A program made the position numbers and the translations under genes. A DNA stretch of 64,000 nt from Candidatus Moraniibacteriota bacterium (GTDB lineage: Bacteria; Patescibacteriota; Minisyncoccia; Moranbacterales; UBA2206), in assembly GCA_963775955.1 (NCBI GenBank), contig CAVZKT010000002.1, forward strand, positions 7,994 through 71,993. Reading direction: 5' to 3'. The first letter of the stretch is position 1. Every line of letters starts with the position of its first letter. Shown here piece after piece: positions 18,321-29,356 of this stretch. Under the pieces are notes generated by a model. It was given only the letters and a program-made list of their open reading frames with translations, ran no database searches and had not been told where the DNA came from.

Positions 18321-18854
18321 GTGTTAAGCAAGGCGCTAAGTTTGGAAGAGTTCATTAAAATATATAAAAAATCGGGAGTGGCAAAAGACAAACTGGAACA
18401 GTTATATTGGTCAATGGCAAGATCCTGCATTTTAATCGCTATGGGGAGAAAGCAAACTCAAAGAGCGCGCCAAGAAGAAGATGTTTTTCAGCAATCGGTT
18501 ATTAAGTCCATTAATTTTTCAAAAGTGAGCATTCGGGGAAAATTTCTAAGCAAGATATTTGATCGTGAAAGAGATATAAGAGAAGATGCGAAAAGGAAAA
18601 ATTATCCACTACACGTGATTGAAAATTTTGTGATTGAAAGCCGGCTGTCGATATATGTTCCGTTTTTGCGGCTCAGACTTGAAGACACTGAATTGCTGGA
18701 AGAAGTTGAAAAAAGACTTGAAAAAATTCGTAATCCTCAGAAAAATCACAAGTTTTGGAAGATTGGAATCGGAGTGGCGGGCGGAATGCTTGCTTTAAAA
18801 GTGTTTGTTGATCTTTTGTCAAAAAATAAGAATAAAAAGGAAGAAGCAAAATAA
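18321..18854 (+). CDS. hypothetical protein with C-terminal TM helix
   Basis: GTG at 18321 preceded by AAGGAGGTG. C-terminal IGIGVAGGMLALKVFVDLL. Confidence 0.5.
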   Translation: MLSKALSLEEFIKIYKKSGVAKDKLEQLYWSMARSCILIAMGRKQTQRARQEEDVFQQSVIKSINFSKVSIRGKFLSKIFDRERDIREDAKRKNYPLHVIENFVIESRLSIYVPFLRLRLEDTELLEEVEKRLEKIRNPQKNHKFWKIGIGVAGGMLALKVFVDLLSKNKNKKEEAK

Positions 18855-18903
18855 AATCCTGCGCTTGGATCACCTCGCGCAGGATTTTAAATTTGGAAAG
18901 TTT

Positions 18904-21338
18904 TTACAATACCGTAATAGCGCTTACTTTATCCCCGGCTTGAGGTCGCATAACCCGCACGCCCTGGGTGGCGCGTCCGAGAACGGAAATATCTTTGAGC
19001 GGGATGCGGATGATTTGTCCTTTTTCAGAAGTTATAATCACATCCGTTTCAATATCATCAACATTTATGATGCTGGCGCCGATCAGTTTGCCGGTTTTGG
19101 CGGTGACGCTGGCGGTTTTTATTCCGGAGCCGCCGCGCTTTTGAATTTTATACGCTTTAAGGTCGGTTCTTTTGCCATATCCGTTTTCCGAGATGACCAA
19201 AAGTTGATTGCCTTTTTGATTTTTGAGAACTACATCCATGCCGACAACTTTATCTTCTTTCTTAAGCTTGATGCCGCGCACGCCTCCAGCTGTCCGTCCC
19301 ATCGGGCGCACATCTTTTTCTTGAAAATGGATGGCCTGGCCTTTTGAAGTCGTGATCACCGCTTCATCTTCGCCGCTCGTAGCTTCCACCCAACGCAGGG
19401 CGTCGCCCGTTTGCAGTTTGATGGCTAAGAGGCCAGAGCGCCTGACATTTTCAAATTCTTCCATAGCGGTTTTTTTGATGGTGCCCATTTCCGTGGCCAT
19501 CAGCATATATTTATAAGCGTCGTCTTTGCCAAAAGCCACAACCGCAGTCACAGATTCTTCTTGCGATAAGTTGTAAAAAATTGACGATTGACTGCCCTTT
19601 GGCCACGCGCGATGACGCTGGAATTTCATAAGCTTTGGTTTGGAAAACTTTTCCGCTATTGGTGAAAAATAAAAAATTGTCATGCGCCATGACGCCTAAA
19701 ACTTTTTTAATGGAATCTTCTTCTTTGGTGGCCGCGCCGATCACGCCCTTGCCTCCGCGGTGCTGGACTTTATACGCCGAAGGATCCATTCTTTTGATAT
19801 AGCCTTGTTCGGTAATGGTGATGATCGCTTCTTCATTGGGGATCAGATCTTCCTGCTTGAATTCGCCGACGCCGGATTTAATAATTTTGGTTTTTCTTTC
19901 ATCGCCGAATTTTTCTTTCACGCGCAAAAGTTCGTCTTTTACGATTCCTAAAATTTTCTTTTCGCTTTTCAAAATTATTTCCAATTCTTTAATTAACGCC
20001 AGTTTTTCCGCCAGCTCATCTTCAATTTTCTTGCGTTCAAGGCCGGCCAGTGTTTGCAATTTCATTTCCAAAATCGCGGTCGCCTGCTTGTCGGACAGCT
20101 TGAAATTTTTAATCAGATTTTTATGCGCGATTTCCTTGGTTTCGGATTTTTTAATAGTCGCGATAATCGCGTCAATGTGGTCCAGCGCTTTTTTGAGTCC
20201 CTCCAGAATATGCGCGCGTTCGCGCGCCTTGTCCAAATCAAATTGCGTGCGGCGGGTAACCACAATTTTTCTGTGCGCAACGTAATATTCCAGAATATCT
20301 TTTAAATTTAAAACGGTCGGCTCAATGCCGTCCACCAGCGCCAGCATATTGACGCCGAAATTTTTCTGCAGATCCGTCATGGCATAAAGCTTGTTGAGAA
20401 CTTTTTGCGGATAGGCGTCTTTTTTGAGTTCAATCACGATGCGCACGCCGTCCTTGTCCGATTCGTCGCGGATGTCGCGGATGCCCAAAAGTTTTCCTGT
20501 CATGCACCAGATCTGCCATCTTTTCAATCAAAGCCGATTTGTTGGTGGCATAAGTCATTTCGGTAATCACGATCTGAAAGGCGCCGGTTTTTGGCTCAAC
20601 AATATCCGCTTTGGCGCGCGTGAGAATTTTTCCGCGCCCGGTGCGGTAAGCTTCCAGAATATCTTTCTTGTTGTAAATAATTCCGCCGGTCGGAAAATCC
20701 GGCCCTTGGATGAATTCCACTAATTCTTCAATGGTTGCTTCGGGATTGTCGATGAGATGCGCTATCCCGTCCACCAGTTCGCTCAAATTATGCGGCGGGA
20801 TGTTGGTGGCCATGCCGACCGCAATGCCCATACTGCCGTTCAAAAGCAATTGCGGCAGATTGGCCGGCAGTACCGTCGGTTCCTGATGCTGGCCGTCAAA
20901 ATTCGGCACGAAATCCACCGTATTTTTTTCAATATCAACCAGCATTTCTTCGGCGATGGCGGAAAGCTTGGCTTCAGTATAGCGATAAGCCGCCGCGCCG
21001 TCGCCGTCCATGGAGCCGAAGTTTCCCTGGCCGCGCACCAGCGGATAGCGCAAAGAAAAATCCTGCGCCATGCGCACCATGGAATCATAAACCGCCACGT
21101 CGCCGTGCGGATGGTATTTGCCCAGCACTTCTCCGACGACAGTCGCTGATTTTCGGAATTTGGCGTTAGCGCGCAGTCCCGTGTTCCACATGGAATACAA
21201 AATTCGGCGGTGCACCGGTTTCAAGCCGTCGCGCACATCCGGCAGGGCGCGCGCCACAATAACGCTCATCGCGTAATCCAGATATGACTGCTGGACTTCC
21301 TCAACTATTTCCCTTTTAGTTATGCTTCCGATATCCAT
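18904..21338 (-). CDS. gyrA: DNA gyrase subunit A (two frame changes, about 20495 and about 19600)
   Basis: Fragments 20430-21338 ([37 protein letters not shown]), 19511-20527 and 18904-19683 (beta-pinwheel repeats). An extra A in GACAGGAAAA breaks [18 protein letters not shown]. Confidence 0.92.
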
Positions 21339-21347
21339 AAGATAAAA

Positions 21348-21638
21348 TTATTGCGTGTTATTTATAGAATCATCCAGAGTCTGCTGTTGGTCTAGTACAC
21401 TTTGGAATCCTTCTGTCGCGTTTTCAAGCGATTGCTTGCCGGCGTTAAACTGCTCGGTAATTTCAGAAGTATCAATGCCGGCCATTGGCGGAGCAGTTTC
21501 AATCCGGCTCGCCTTAAGCGAAAAAAACCAAATGATAATTATGAAGAACATGGAGATGGCTACCATTGCCCAGACATAACGCAACCTGATATGTTCAGGC
21601 TTTTTTCTTATTTCTTCCAATTTGTCGTTTATATTCAT
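21348..21638 (-). CDS. hypothetical single-TM protein
   Basis: 96 aa, TM VWAMVAISMFFIIIIWFF. Confidence 0.5.
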   Translation of the reverse strand: MNINDKLEEIRKKPEHIRLRYVWAMVAISMFFIIIIWFFSLKASRIETAPPMAGIDTSEITEQFNAGKQSLENATEGFQSVLDQQQTLDDSINNTQ

Positions 21639-21640
21639 AA

Positions 21641-22294
21641 TTATTCAATGCCCATGACTATGACTTCCATGCTTTTTCCTTCCAAATCTTTCTTTTTAAT
21701 ATGCAGCTTGGAAACTTTTTCTTTCGGGCAGTTGCCAATTTCAGCGCAGAACTTCTTTTCATCCGCTACATCAATGGTTGAGCCGTTAATCTTGTAATGC
21801 ATTGGGATAACAATTACCGGTTCTATTTTTCGGATAAGATCCACCGCTTTTTTAGCATCCAAAGTATAATTTCCGCCAATTGGAACCATTAAAACATCTA
21901 TTCCATTAATTTCTTCCAATTGTTTTTCATTAAGATCGGTTCCCAAATCGCCGAGATGGCAAATCCGCAAGTCTTCGGACTCTAAAATAAAGATGACATT
22001 GGTGACCGGATCTTTAGTCGGTCCGTGTTCGGAAGCCAGACCGACAATATTGATGCCCTTTACCGAATATTCTCCGGGAATATCAATAACAGCCGGGTCG
22101 CCCTTGAGCGCGGAAACATTATTGTGGTCGTAATGATCGTGGCTCACCATCACCAAATCCGCCTGCCCCTGCGGAGGGCGCAAGCCGATGCTTTTATCAA
22201 AGGGGTCCAAAAAAATCACCACGTCTTCCCGTCCGCGCCCGGCCGGTTTGGTGGTTATTTTAAAGCAAGAATGGCCGTAATATTGGATAATCAT
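21641..22294 (-). CDS. metallo-beta-lactamase-fold hydrolase (UPF0173-like)
   Basis: MIIQYYGHSCFKI...DLVMVSHDHYDHNN... Confidence 0.75.
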   Translation of the reverse strand: MIIQYYGHSCFKITTKPAGRGREDVVIFLDPFDKSIGLRPPQGQADLVMVSHDHYDHNNVSALKGDPAVIDIPGEYSVKGINIVGLASEHGPTKDPVTNVIFILESEDLRICHLGDLGTDLNEKQLEEINGIDVLMVPIGGNYTLDAKKAVDLIRKIEPVIVIPMHYKINGSTIDVADEKKFCAEIGNCPKEKVSKLHIKKKDLEGKSMEVIVMGIE

Positions 22295-22540
22295 GGAGTT
22301 TACGAACTGCGAATTTAGTGAAATTACGAATCCGCCGCGGCGGACGAATATACGAATGGTTCTTATTTACATAAATAATTATAGCATCTCAGAACCGGTT
22401 TGTCGAGAGGCTTACGATAAAAACTTAGACTTGGAGGTCTAAGTAAGTATATTTTAGAATTTTGGCTTATTCAAAGTCTTTCCTAAAACCCCGTTCTAGG
22501 AAGTGGCTTGTTTAAGCCCTTTGGTTGTTCTAGCTATGTC

Positions 22541-22568
22541 TTGACATCTTTTTATAATCATATATAAT
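22541..22568 (+). promoter_or_regulatory. sigma70-type promoter upstream of rpsA (TTGACA-N16-TATAAT)
   Basis: TTGACA at 22541-22546, TATAAT at 22563-22568. Confidence 0.45.
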
Positions 22569-22674
22569 AAACACACGGTTAATTATTAAGAAAATAGAAT
22601 ATTGGGAATGATTTAATTCCCATGAACCTTTCTTAATAATTTCCTTTCGACAGGAAATTTTTTAAATTTATAAT

Positions 22675-22750
22675 CTACAAAATTACAAAAAAATATAAAA
22701 CTACAAAAACAACTTTTTGTATTTTTGTAAAAATTTGTAAGTTCGTAGAG
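22675..22750 (+). repeat. low-complexity word hairpin in the rpsA leader
   Basis: CTACAAAATTACAAAAAAATATAAAACTACAAAAACAAC / TTTTTGTATTTTTGTAAAAATTTGTAAGTTCGTAG. Confidence 0.6.
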
Positions 22751-22798
22751 ACATAACTAATTTTATGGGAAATATACTTAGATAAACTGGCGGAAGAA

Positions 22799-24188
22799 GT
22801 GGACAAGCTCACGGAAGAAAAACCGAAGGCTGCCAAAAAATCTTCCACGGCAAAAAAGAAAGTAACAGAAGAAACAGTGGAAGAAATTTCGCCGATGGCC
22901 AAGCTTCTGGAAGGATCGGATGTGAGATTTCCTAATCTCGGCGATGTGATTGAAGGAAAAGTTATTGAAGTGGGGACTAACGCCATTTATCTTGACATTG
23001 AGCCGTTTGGCACAGGGATCGTTTTAGGGCGGGAAATTAAAGACGGCATGGGGACTGGAAAACTTAAAATTGGAAATAAGGTTACGGCGACCATCACTGA
23101 CTTGGAAAATGAGGACGGTTATATTGAACTTTCCATCCGGGAGGCTTCTTATGAAAAGGCCTGGGAGGACTTGGAAAGCAAGAAAGATACTCAGGAAAAA
23201 GTGGCCACCAAGGTTTTGAGCGCCAATAAAGGCGGACTTTTGGTGGAAATCAACGGCATTTCCGGGTTTTTGCCGGTGTCCCAGCTTTCCAGCAAAAATT
23301 ATCCGCGCGTGGAAGACGGCGACAAAAATAAAATTCTAACTTTGCTCAAAAAATTGGTCGCGCAGGAATTGGAAGTGCGCATTTTGGATGCTGACCGCGA
23401 AACGGAAAAACTGATCGTCAGCGAAAAAGCCGCGCAAAAAGAAAAAGATCGGGAAGTTATTTCCGGACTTTCAATCGGCGATGTGGTTGAGGGAGAAGTC
23501 AGCGGAGTGGTTGACTTCGGCGCTTTTGTGAAATTTTTTCCGCTCCAACGCCGATACGGCTAATGTGACTGAAGAAAACAAATTGGAAGGCTTGGTGCAT
23601 ATTTCCGAACTGGCCTGGCAGCTGATTGAAAATCCGCGCGATATCGTCAAAGTCGGGCAGAAAGTCGGCGCGCAAATTATCGGGCTGGAAAATGAGAAAA
23701 TTTCCCTTTCCATGCGGGCGCTGGAAAAAGATCCGTGGAGCAAGCTGGAGTATAAAGTCGGAGATGTCGTCAAAGGAACCGTGCACCGCATCAATCATTT
23801 CGGCGCTTTCGTTTATCTCAATAAGGACATCCATGGCCTGGCCCATGTGAGCGAAATGGGCGAACTGTTTCCCGGTAAAAATATCAACGAACTCATAAAA
23901 GCCGAAGGCGAATATTCCTGGAAAATTCTTTCCATTGAACCGAAAGAGCACAGAATGGGACTGGTTTTGGTAACCGGAAAAGTGGAAAAGTCCGCCAAGG
24001 CGGAAAAACCGGCCAAAGAAAAAGCTGCAGAAATTAAAAAAGAAATTAAGGCCGAAAAGAAAGTAGAAAAAAAGGCCAAAAAACCGGTCAAAGCTGTAAA
24101 AGTTAAAAAAGAACCGTCCTCCTCCGCTAAAGCTTCGGCGGATAAAAAAGAAAAGAAAGTTCCAAAAAAGAAAGAGGCTAGGAAGTAG
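22799..24188 (+). CDS. rpsA: 30S ribosomal protein S1 / multi-S1-domain protein (one frameshift at about 23545)
   Basis: Four S1 repeats (GDVIEGKVIEV, GGLLVEINGISGFLPVSQL, GDVVEGEVSGVVDFGAFVKF, GDVVKGTVHRINHFGAFVYL). A T6 run in AAATTTTTTCC shifts the frame. Lys-rich tail. Confidence 0.85.
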
Positions 24189-24272
24189 ACCCTTTGCCAG
24201 TTTGCGCAAATTTACTTGGCTGGCTATAATATCAGCAAGGAAGGAAATAATTATTAACTTAATATAAATAAT

Positions 24273-24458
24273 ATGCCAGAAGTAGAGCGTATACCGTTTC
24301 CGGGGCAAGGAATACCTCCGATGTCTCCCGAAGACATACAAAAAAAGAATGAATATGAAAAAGGGAAGAAAATACAGATGCGAAACGGTAGTATAGTCAC
24401 GGTAAATAGTTTAAAGGAAGAGATGGAGCTTAGAAGAACGGAAACGGAAAATAACTAA
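24273..24458 (+). CDS. small hypothetical protein
   Basis: 61-aa ORF only. Confidence 0.3.
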   Translation: MPEVERIPFPGQGIPPMSPEDIQKKNEYEKGKKIQMRNGSIVTVNSLKEEMELRRTETENN

Positions 24459-24523
24459 GCCATATCGATATCCAGAGAAGCGCTTTACGGCGCTTCTTAA
24501 ATTTGTGGTATTATTAAACTATT

Positions 24524-25081
24524 ATGATAATTTCGTTCAATGGCAGCCATGGTTCGGGTAAAAGCACTATATCAAAAATGGTGGCGGAAAAGCTTGGCTA
24601 TGAAAGATATGACGGTGGCAGTTTTTTTAGGAATACAGCCAAAAAAAACGGAATGACGCTCAAAGAATTGGGCGCACTTCGGCTTAAAGATCCCAAATGG
24701 GACCATGAGATTGATAATTACATAAAAAAATTGGGCGAAACTAAGGATAATTTTATGGCTGACGGCCGGATGGCTTGGTATTTCATTCCGCATTCCCTGA
24801 AAATTTATTTGAAGGCCAATGAGTTGGAGGCAGCCCAAAGAATTTATACTGAACTACAAAAAGACAAAACTAGAAATATTGAAGAAGGGAAAATGGACTC
24901 TATTGAAAAGGTTCTAGAAAAACAGAAAAAAAGAAAAGAGGAAGACACTATGATTTATGGAAAATATTATGGTGTGGATATCCATGATCCGAAAAATTAC
25001 GATTTTGTTCTGGACACAACTGGTCTGAATATTCAGGAAGTTTTTGAAAAAGTTATGAAATTTGTTGAAAGCAAAAAGTAA
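24524..25081 (+). CDS. P-loop nucleotide kinase, cytidylate-kinase-like
   Basis: MIISFNGSHGSGKSTISKMVAEKLGY... Walker A at the N-terminus, about 185 aa. Confidence 0.6.
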   Translation: MIISFNGSHGSGKSTISKMVAEKLGYERYDGGSFFRNTAKKNGMTLKELGALRLKDPKWDHEIDNYIKKLGETKDNFMADGRMAWYFIPHSLKIYLKANELEAAQRIYTELQKDKTRNIEEGKMDSIEKVLEKQKKRKEEDTMIYGKYYGVDIHDPKNYDFVLDTTGLNIQEVFEKVMKFVESKK

Positions 25082-26108
25082 ATGAGAAATTTAGTTAAAA
25101 CAATCCAAAATACGGCGTTTCAACAGGGGCTTTGGCAGAAAGGGTCAAGGATTATTTTAGGTGTGTCAGGCGGGCCGGACTCGGTTTGCCTGTTGGATGT
25201 GATGGCAAAAATCGCGCTGAAATATGATTTGGAACTGATTGTTGCGCATGTAAATTACGGGTTGCGCGGGAAAGATTCAGAGAAAGATAAAGAGTTTGTG
25301 AGAGAACTGGCAGAGAAATACGGAATTGGAATTGAAGTTTTGCACCCTCATCCGCCCTTCGGGCACCTTCTCCCTAAAAAGGGAGAAGGGGGTTAGGAAA
25401 ACTCGTTCAGAGAACGAGTTACGTTTGATTCGTTACAGATTTTTTGAAAAAGTTCGCCAGGAAAATAAATTTGATTCCATTGCGGTGGCGCATAACGCCG
25501 ATGACCAGGTGGAAACATTTTTAATGCGCGTTATTCGCGGATCCGGCCTCGCGGGACTTTCGGCGATGAAATACAAAAATAATCCGCCGCGGCGGATCAT
25601 CCGCCCGCTGCTGGGAATTTCGCGAAAGGAGATTCTGAAGTATTTGAATAAAACGAATAGAACTTATCGGACGGATAGGACAAACAAGGAAAATTTATTT
25701 TTGCGGAATAAAATCCGAAACCAGCTGATTCCGTATCTGGAAAAAAATTTCAATCCTCAGATTAAAAAAACAATTTTTAGTTCAGTCGGTTCAATTGCCG
25801 AAGACGCGGATCTTTTGGAAAAAATCGCGGAAGAAGTTTATGGGACGGATAGGACAAATAAGACGGATAAAGCAAGTAGTTTGTCTGTTAAAAAATTGAT
25901 GGCTCTGCATCCGGCGTTGCAAAGAAGAATAATTTTAAAAGCCATTTGCAAAGTAAAAAGGGATCTGAAGGACATCGACGCGGCGCACGTGGAAGAAATT
26001 TTGAAAGCGCTTAAAAGCACTAAGGGCAAACGCCAAAGCGTGGCATTTAAAGGGTTGAAATTGACACGCATTGGTGATAAGGTTATAATAACAACTCATA
26101 GCACATAA
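25082..26108 (+). CDS. tilS: tRNA(Ile)-lysidine synthetase (frame change next to an inserted element, about 25335)
   Basis: PP-loop GVSGGPDSVCL, then ...IRYRFFEKV...VAHNADDQVETFLMRVIRGSG...IIRPLLGISRKEI. Confidence 0.88.
25343..25390 (+). repeat. double-hairpin GC-rich element, copy in tilS
   Basis: CACCCTCATCCGCCCTTCGGGCACCTTCTCCCTAAAAAGGGAGAAGGGGG, with hairpins GCCCTTCGGGC and CCTTCTCCC/GGGAGAAGG. Confidence 0.75.
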
Positions 26109-26138
26109 CACGTAACACATAACATATAACATAATAAA
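26097..26138 (+). repeat. tandem heptads CATAACA/CGTAACA/CATAACA/TATAACA/TAATAAA abutting the ftsH ATG
   Basis: Period-7 phasing read directly at 26104-26138. Overlaps the tilS stop. Confidence 0.75.
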
Positions 26139-28010
26139 ATGAAAAATTTAGCCAAAAATATTATCCTGATGTTATTTCTTTTCCTGCTTATTTCCGGGCT
26201 GTTTGTGCTATATTCAGGACCAGCCAAAAAGCCGGCCGAAGTGGCTTTAAGCGCGCTGGTGGCGCAGATTAATGAGGGCAAAGTAAAGAAAATTAGCGTG
26301 GATAATAATGATTTGAACATCACGCTCGCGGACGAAACAGCGGAAAAATCAACCAAAGAACAGGAAACCGGGCTCACGGAATCTCTTAAAAACTACGGAG
26401 TGGACCAGGAAAAACTAAACGCAGTGAATATTGAAATTAAGGGGCCGTCGTCAACTTCGATGTGGTTGGGCACTATTTTGCCCTTTCTTCTGCCCTTTAT
26501 ATTAATTGCGGCCTTTATTTGGTTTATGCTGCGTCAGGCGCAAAGAGGAAACTCCCAGGCTTTGTCTTTTGGAATGTCACGCGCGCGCATGACTGATCCG
26601 AAGGATAAAAAAAATCGGGTGACTTTTGCCGATGTGGCCGGAGCTAAAGAGGCCAAGGAAGAACTCCGGGAAATCGTCGAGTTTTTGAAAAGCCCGGGCA
26701 AGTTTTTAAAACTGGGAGCTAAAATTCCCAAAGGCGTCCTTTTGCTGGGGCCTCCAGGAACGGGAAAAACTTTGATTGCCAAAGCTGTGGCCGGAGAGGC
26801 TAATGTGCCGTTTTTCAATATCAGCGGATCGGAATTTGTGGAAATGTTTGTGGGTGTCGGCGCTTCACGCGTGCGCGATCTTTTCAAGCAAGCCAAGAAA
26901 AACGCGCCGGCCATTGTTTTCATTGATGAAATTGACGCTGTCGGGCGCCATCGCGGAGCGGGGCTAGGCGGCGGACATGATGAACGGGAACAGACTTTGA
27001 ATCAGATCCTGGTAGAAATGGACGGTTTTGACACCACAACCAATGTAATTGTTGTGGCGGCTACCAATCGCCCTGATGTTTTGGATCCGGCGTTGCTGCG
27101 GCCTGGACGCTTTGACCGGCGCGTGGTTATGGATTTACCCGACATTGAAGAAAGGCTGGCAATTCTCCAAATTCACTCTAAAAACAAGCCTTTTGAAGAA
27201 AAGGTTAATTTACGCGTGATTGCCGAAAGAACCTCCGGATTTTCCGGCGCTGATCTTTCCAATTTAGTTAATGAGGCAGCGATTCTGGCTGCCCGGCGGG
27301 GAAAAAAGCAGGTTGAAATGGCGGAGCTTACTGAAGCAATTGAAAAAGTTATTCTGGGGCCGGAAAGAAAAAGCCGGATAATTGACGAGCAGGAAAAGAA
27401 AATTATCGCTTATCATGAAGCCGGACATGCTCTTTTGGGAGCCAGTCTTCCGCACGCCGATTCGGTGCAAAAAGTTTCTATAATTTCCCGCGGCCAGGCT
27501 GGAGGCTACACGCTGTCTGCTCCGGAAAAAGACCGCCGGTTGCATTCCAAAAATTATTTTCTGTCAGAGCTGGCCGTCCTTTTGGGAGGATATGTAAGCG
27601 AAGAAATAATTTTTGGCGAGGTTACGACCGGCGCGTCCAATGATTTAGAGCGGGCAACCGCGATGGCGCGCAATTTGGTGACCAGGTTCGGAATGAGCGA
27701 ATTGGGCCCGCGAACCTTCGGACACAAAGAAGAACTGGTTTTTTTGGGCCGGGAAATTTCCGAGGAAAAAAATTATTCCGAAAAAACCGCCGAGGATATT
27801 GATAAGCAGGTGGCTAAATTTATCGGTGAAGCGCACAATACGGCTGAAAAAATTATTCAGGAAAAGAAAGAGATCCTGGAAAAAATTGTCAGCGTGCTGA
27901 TCGAGAAAGAAGTCATTGAACAGGATGAGTTTAATGAAATAGTTGGACTTAAAAAAAGAGAACATAAAATTGAAGAGAAAAAAGCGGATACAAAAACAAA
28001 AATCGCTTAA
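26139..28010 (+). CDS. ftsH: ATP-dependent zinc metalloprotease FtsH
   Basis: [23 protein letters not shown], 623 aa. Confidence 0.95.
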   Translation: MKNLAKNIILMLFLFLLISGLFVLYSGPAKKPAEVALSALVAQINEGKVKKISVDNNDLNITLADETAEKSTKEQETGLTESLKNYGVDQEKLNAVNIEIKGPSSTSMWLGTILPFLLPFILIAAFIWFMLRQAQRGNSQALSFGMSRARMTDPKDKKNRVTFADVAGAKEAKEELREIVEFLKSPGKFLKLGAKIPKGVLLLGPPGTGKTLIAKAVAGEANVPFFNISGSEFVEMFVGVGASRVRDLFKQAKKNAPAIVFIDEIDAVGRHRGAGLGGGHDEREQTLNQILVEMDGFDTTTNVIVVAATNRPDVLDPALLRPGRFDRRVVMDLPDIEERLAILQIHSKNKPFEEKVNLRVIAERTSGFSGADLSNLVNEAAILAARRGKKQVEMAELTEAIEKVILGPERKSRIIDEQEKKIIAYHEAGHALLGASLPHADSVQKVSIISRGQAGGYTLSAPEKDRRLHSKNYFLSELAVLLGGYVSEEIIFGEVTTGASNDLERATAMARNLVTRFGMSELGPRTFGHKEELVFLGREISEEKNYSEKTAEDIDKQVAKFIGEAHNTAEKIIQEKKEILEKIVSVLIEKEVIEQDEFNEIVGLKKREHKIEEKKADTKTKIA

Positions 28011-28019
28011 TTTAAAAAA

Positions 28020-28997
28020 ATGTCTAAAATTAACTACTTAGATATCATAAAAAAGGCCGCCGCGGTTACCTGGAAAAATAAAAATCTCTGGTGGTTTGGT
28101 TTTTTTGCGTCGCTTACCAGCGCCGGAAGTTATTTTAGCTATTCTTCTGGAAACGAAAAAGAATTTGCTGGCAGTGCAATAACCAAAGAAAGGGTTATGG
28201 GCTTTGTATCTGATCATATTGCGCTTGTGATTGGCGCGGGAGTTGTTTTCGCTGCCATTTTTATTGTATTTCTTGCGCTGGGAATCATCGGGCGGGGCGC
28301 GTTGATTAAGGCGATCGGTAAAACGCTTAAAAATGAACCGGTTGATTTCAAATCCGGAATGCGCGAGGGGAAAAAATATTTTTGGAAAATTTTGAGCATT
28401 GGATTTTTGAGCGCGATGTTTATTTTTCTAGCCGTCGTAATTTTGGCTATCCCGATTGTTTTTCTATTTTTAAACAAGGCTTATGTTTCAGGCGTTTTAC
28501 TGGCGCTTCTAGCCATCGCCATCCTGATCATGTTTATAATTCTTAGCGTTTTCGTTCGAATTTACGGTTATATTTATGTGACACTGGGGGAGTTGAAAAT
28601 CTGGACGTCCATTGAAAACGCTTATACGCTTCTTCGTAAAAACTTGGGCGTGAGCATTGTCATGGGACTTATTTTTGTACTCCTTGGCATAATTCTGGGC
28701 TTGTCTCTCATTATGCTTCTGGCTCCCATTGTGGCTGTGCTTTTTGTTTTAGGCTCATTTTTTTATTTAATCCTGAAGGGCGTCGGAATTGCCATAGCCA
28801 TCGGGCTGGGCGCTATTACTATTCTTGCGATTACACTTTTTGTCCGGTCTGTTTATGAAACATTCGCGCAGACTATTTGGATTTTATTCTTTTACGAAAT
28901 CGCCAAGCCGAAAGTTGAGGAGACCGTAACTGAAGAAGCCGAGGAAATAAAAGCTGCTCCCGCTCCTGATCCGGTGAAAACAAGTGAGATTTTGTAA
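28020..28997 (+). CDS. hypothetical polytopic membrane protein
   Basis: 325 aa, about 6 TM helices, acidic tail. Confidence 0.55.
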   Translation: MSKINYLDIIKKAAAVTWKNKNLWWFGFFASLTSAGSYFSYSSGNEKEFAGSAITKERVMGFVSDHIALVIGAGVVFAAIFIVFLALGIIGRGALIKAIGKTLKNEPVDFKSGMREGKKYFWKILSIGFLSAMFIFLAVVILAIPIVFLFLNKAYVSGVLLALLAIAILIMFIILSVFVRIYGYIYVTLGELKIWTSIENAYTLLRKNLGVSIVMGLIFVLLGIILGLSLIMLLAPIVAVLFVLGSFFYLILKGVGIAIAIGLGAITILAITLFVRSVYETFAQTIWILFFYEIAKPKVEETVTEEAEEIKAAPAPDPVKTSEIL

Positions 28998-29067
28998 TAA
29001 AACGGGCGTGCTCAGTTTCCGCCAAAGGCGGACCCGCCTATGGCGGGGGTTAGAAAGTATAATGCAC

Positions 29068-29140
29068 GGGCAATTAGCTCAGTGGTTAGAGTGCTTCGTT
29101 GACATCGAAGAAGTCACTGGTTCGATTCCAGTATTGCCCA
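29068..29140 (+). tRNA. tRNA-Val(GAC)
   Basis: GGGCAAT-TA-GCTC...CTTCG-TTGACAT-CGAAG...ACTGG-TTCGATT-CCAGT-ATTGCCC-A. Confidence 0.9.
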
Positions 29141-29356
29141 CAAATTTTTTTCAAAAAAGAAAATTTTTCTGTTTAGCCTGTCCGCCTTCAGAGGAGAGTT
29201 CCAAAAATTCGGAATGACGGAAGCGGAGCAATCTCCTTTTTATATTTCTCTCTCTTTATACTCTTGGTCGCCAGCGTCCCACCCAACCCAACGCTGGCGA
29301 CAGCATGGAATTCCCTAAAATAAAAGCGACAAGAAATTTTCTTGCCGCTTTAAATA

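Noticed and set aside
22320-22350. The shared string TACGAATATACGAAT at 22340 and 52815, considered as a further repeat family.
   Set aside because: Only two short copies were seen. This is insufficient to separate it from the general low-complexity word bias of the intergenic regions.
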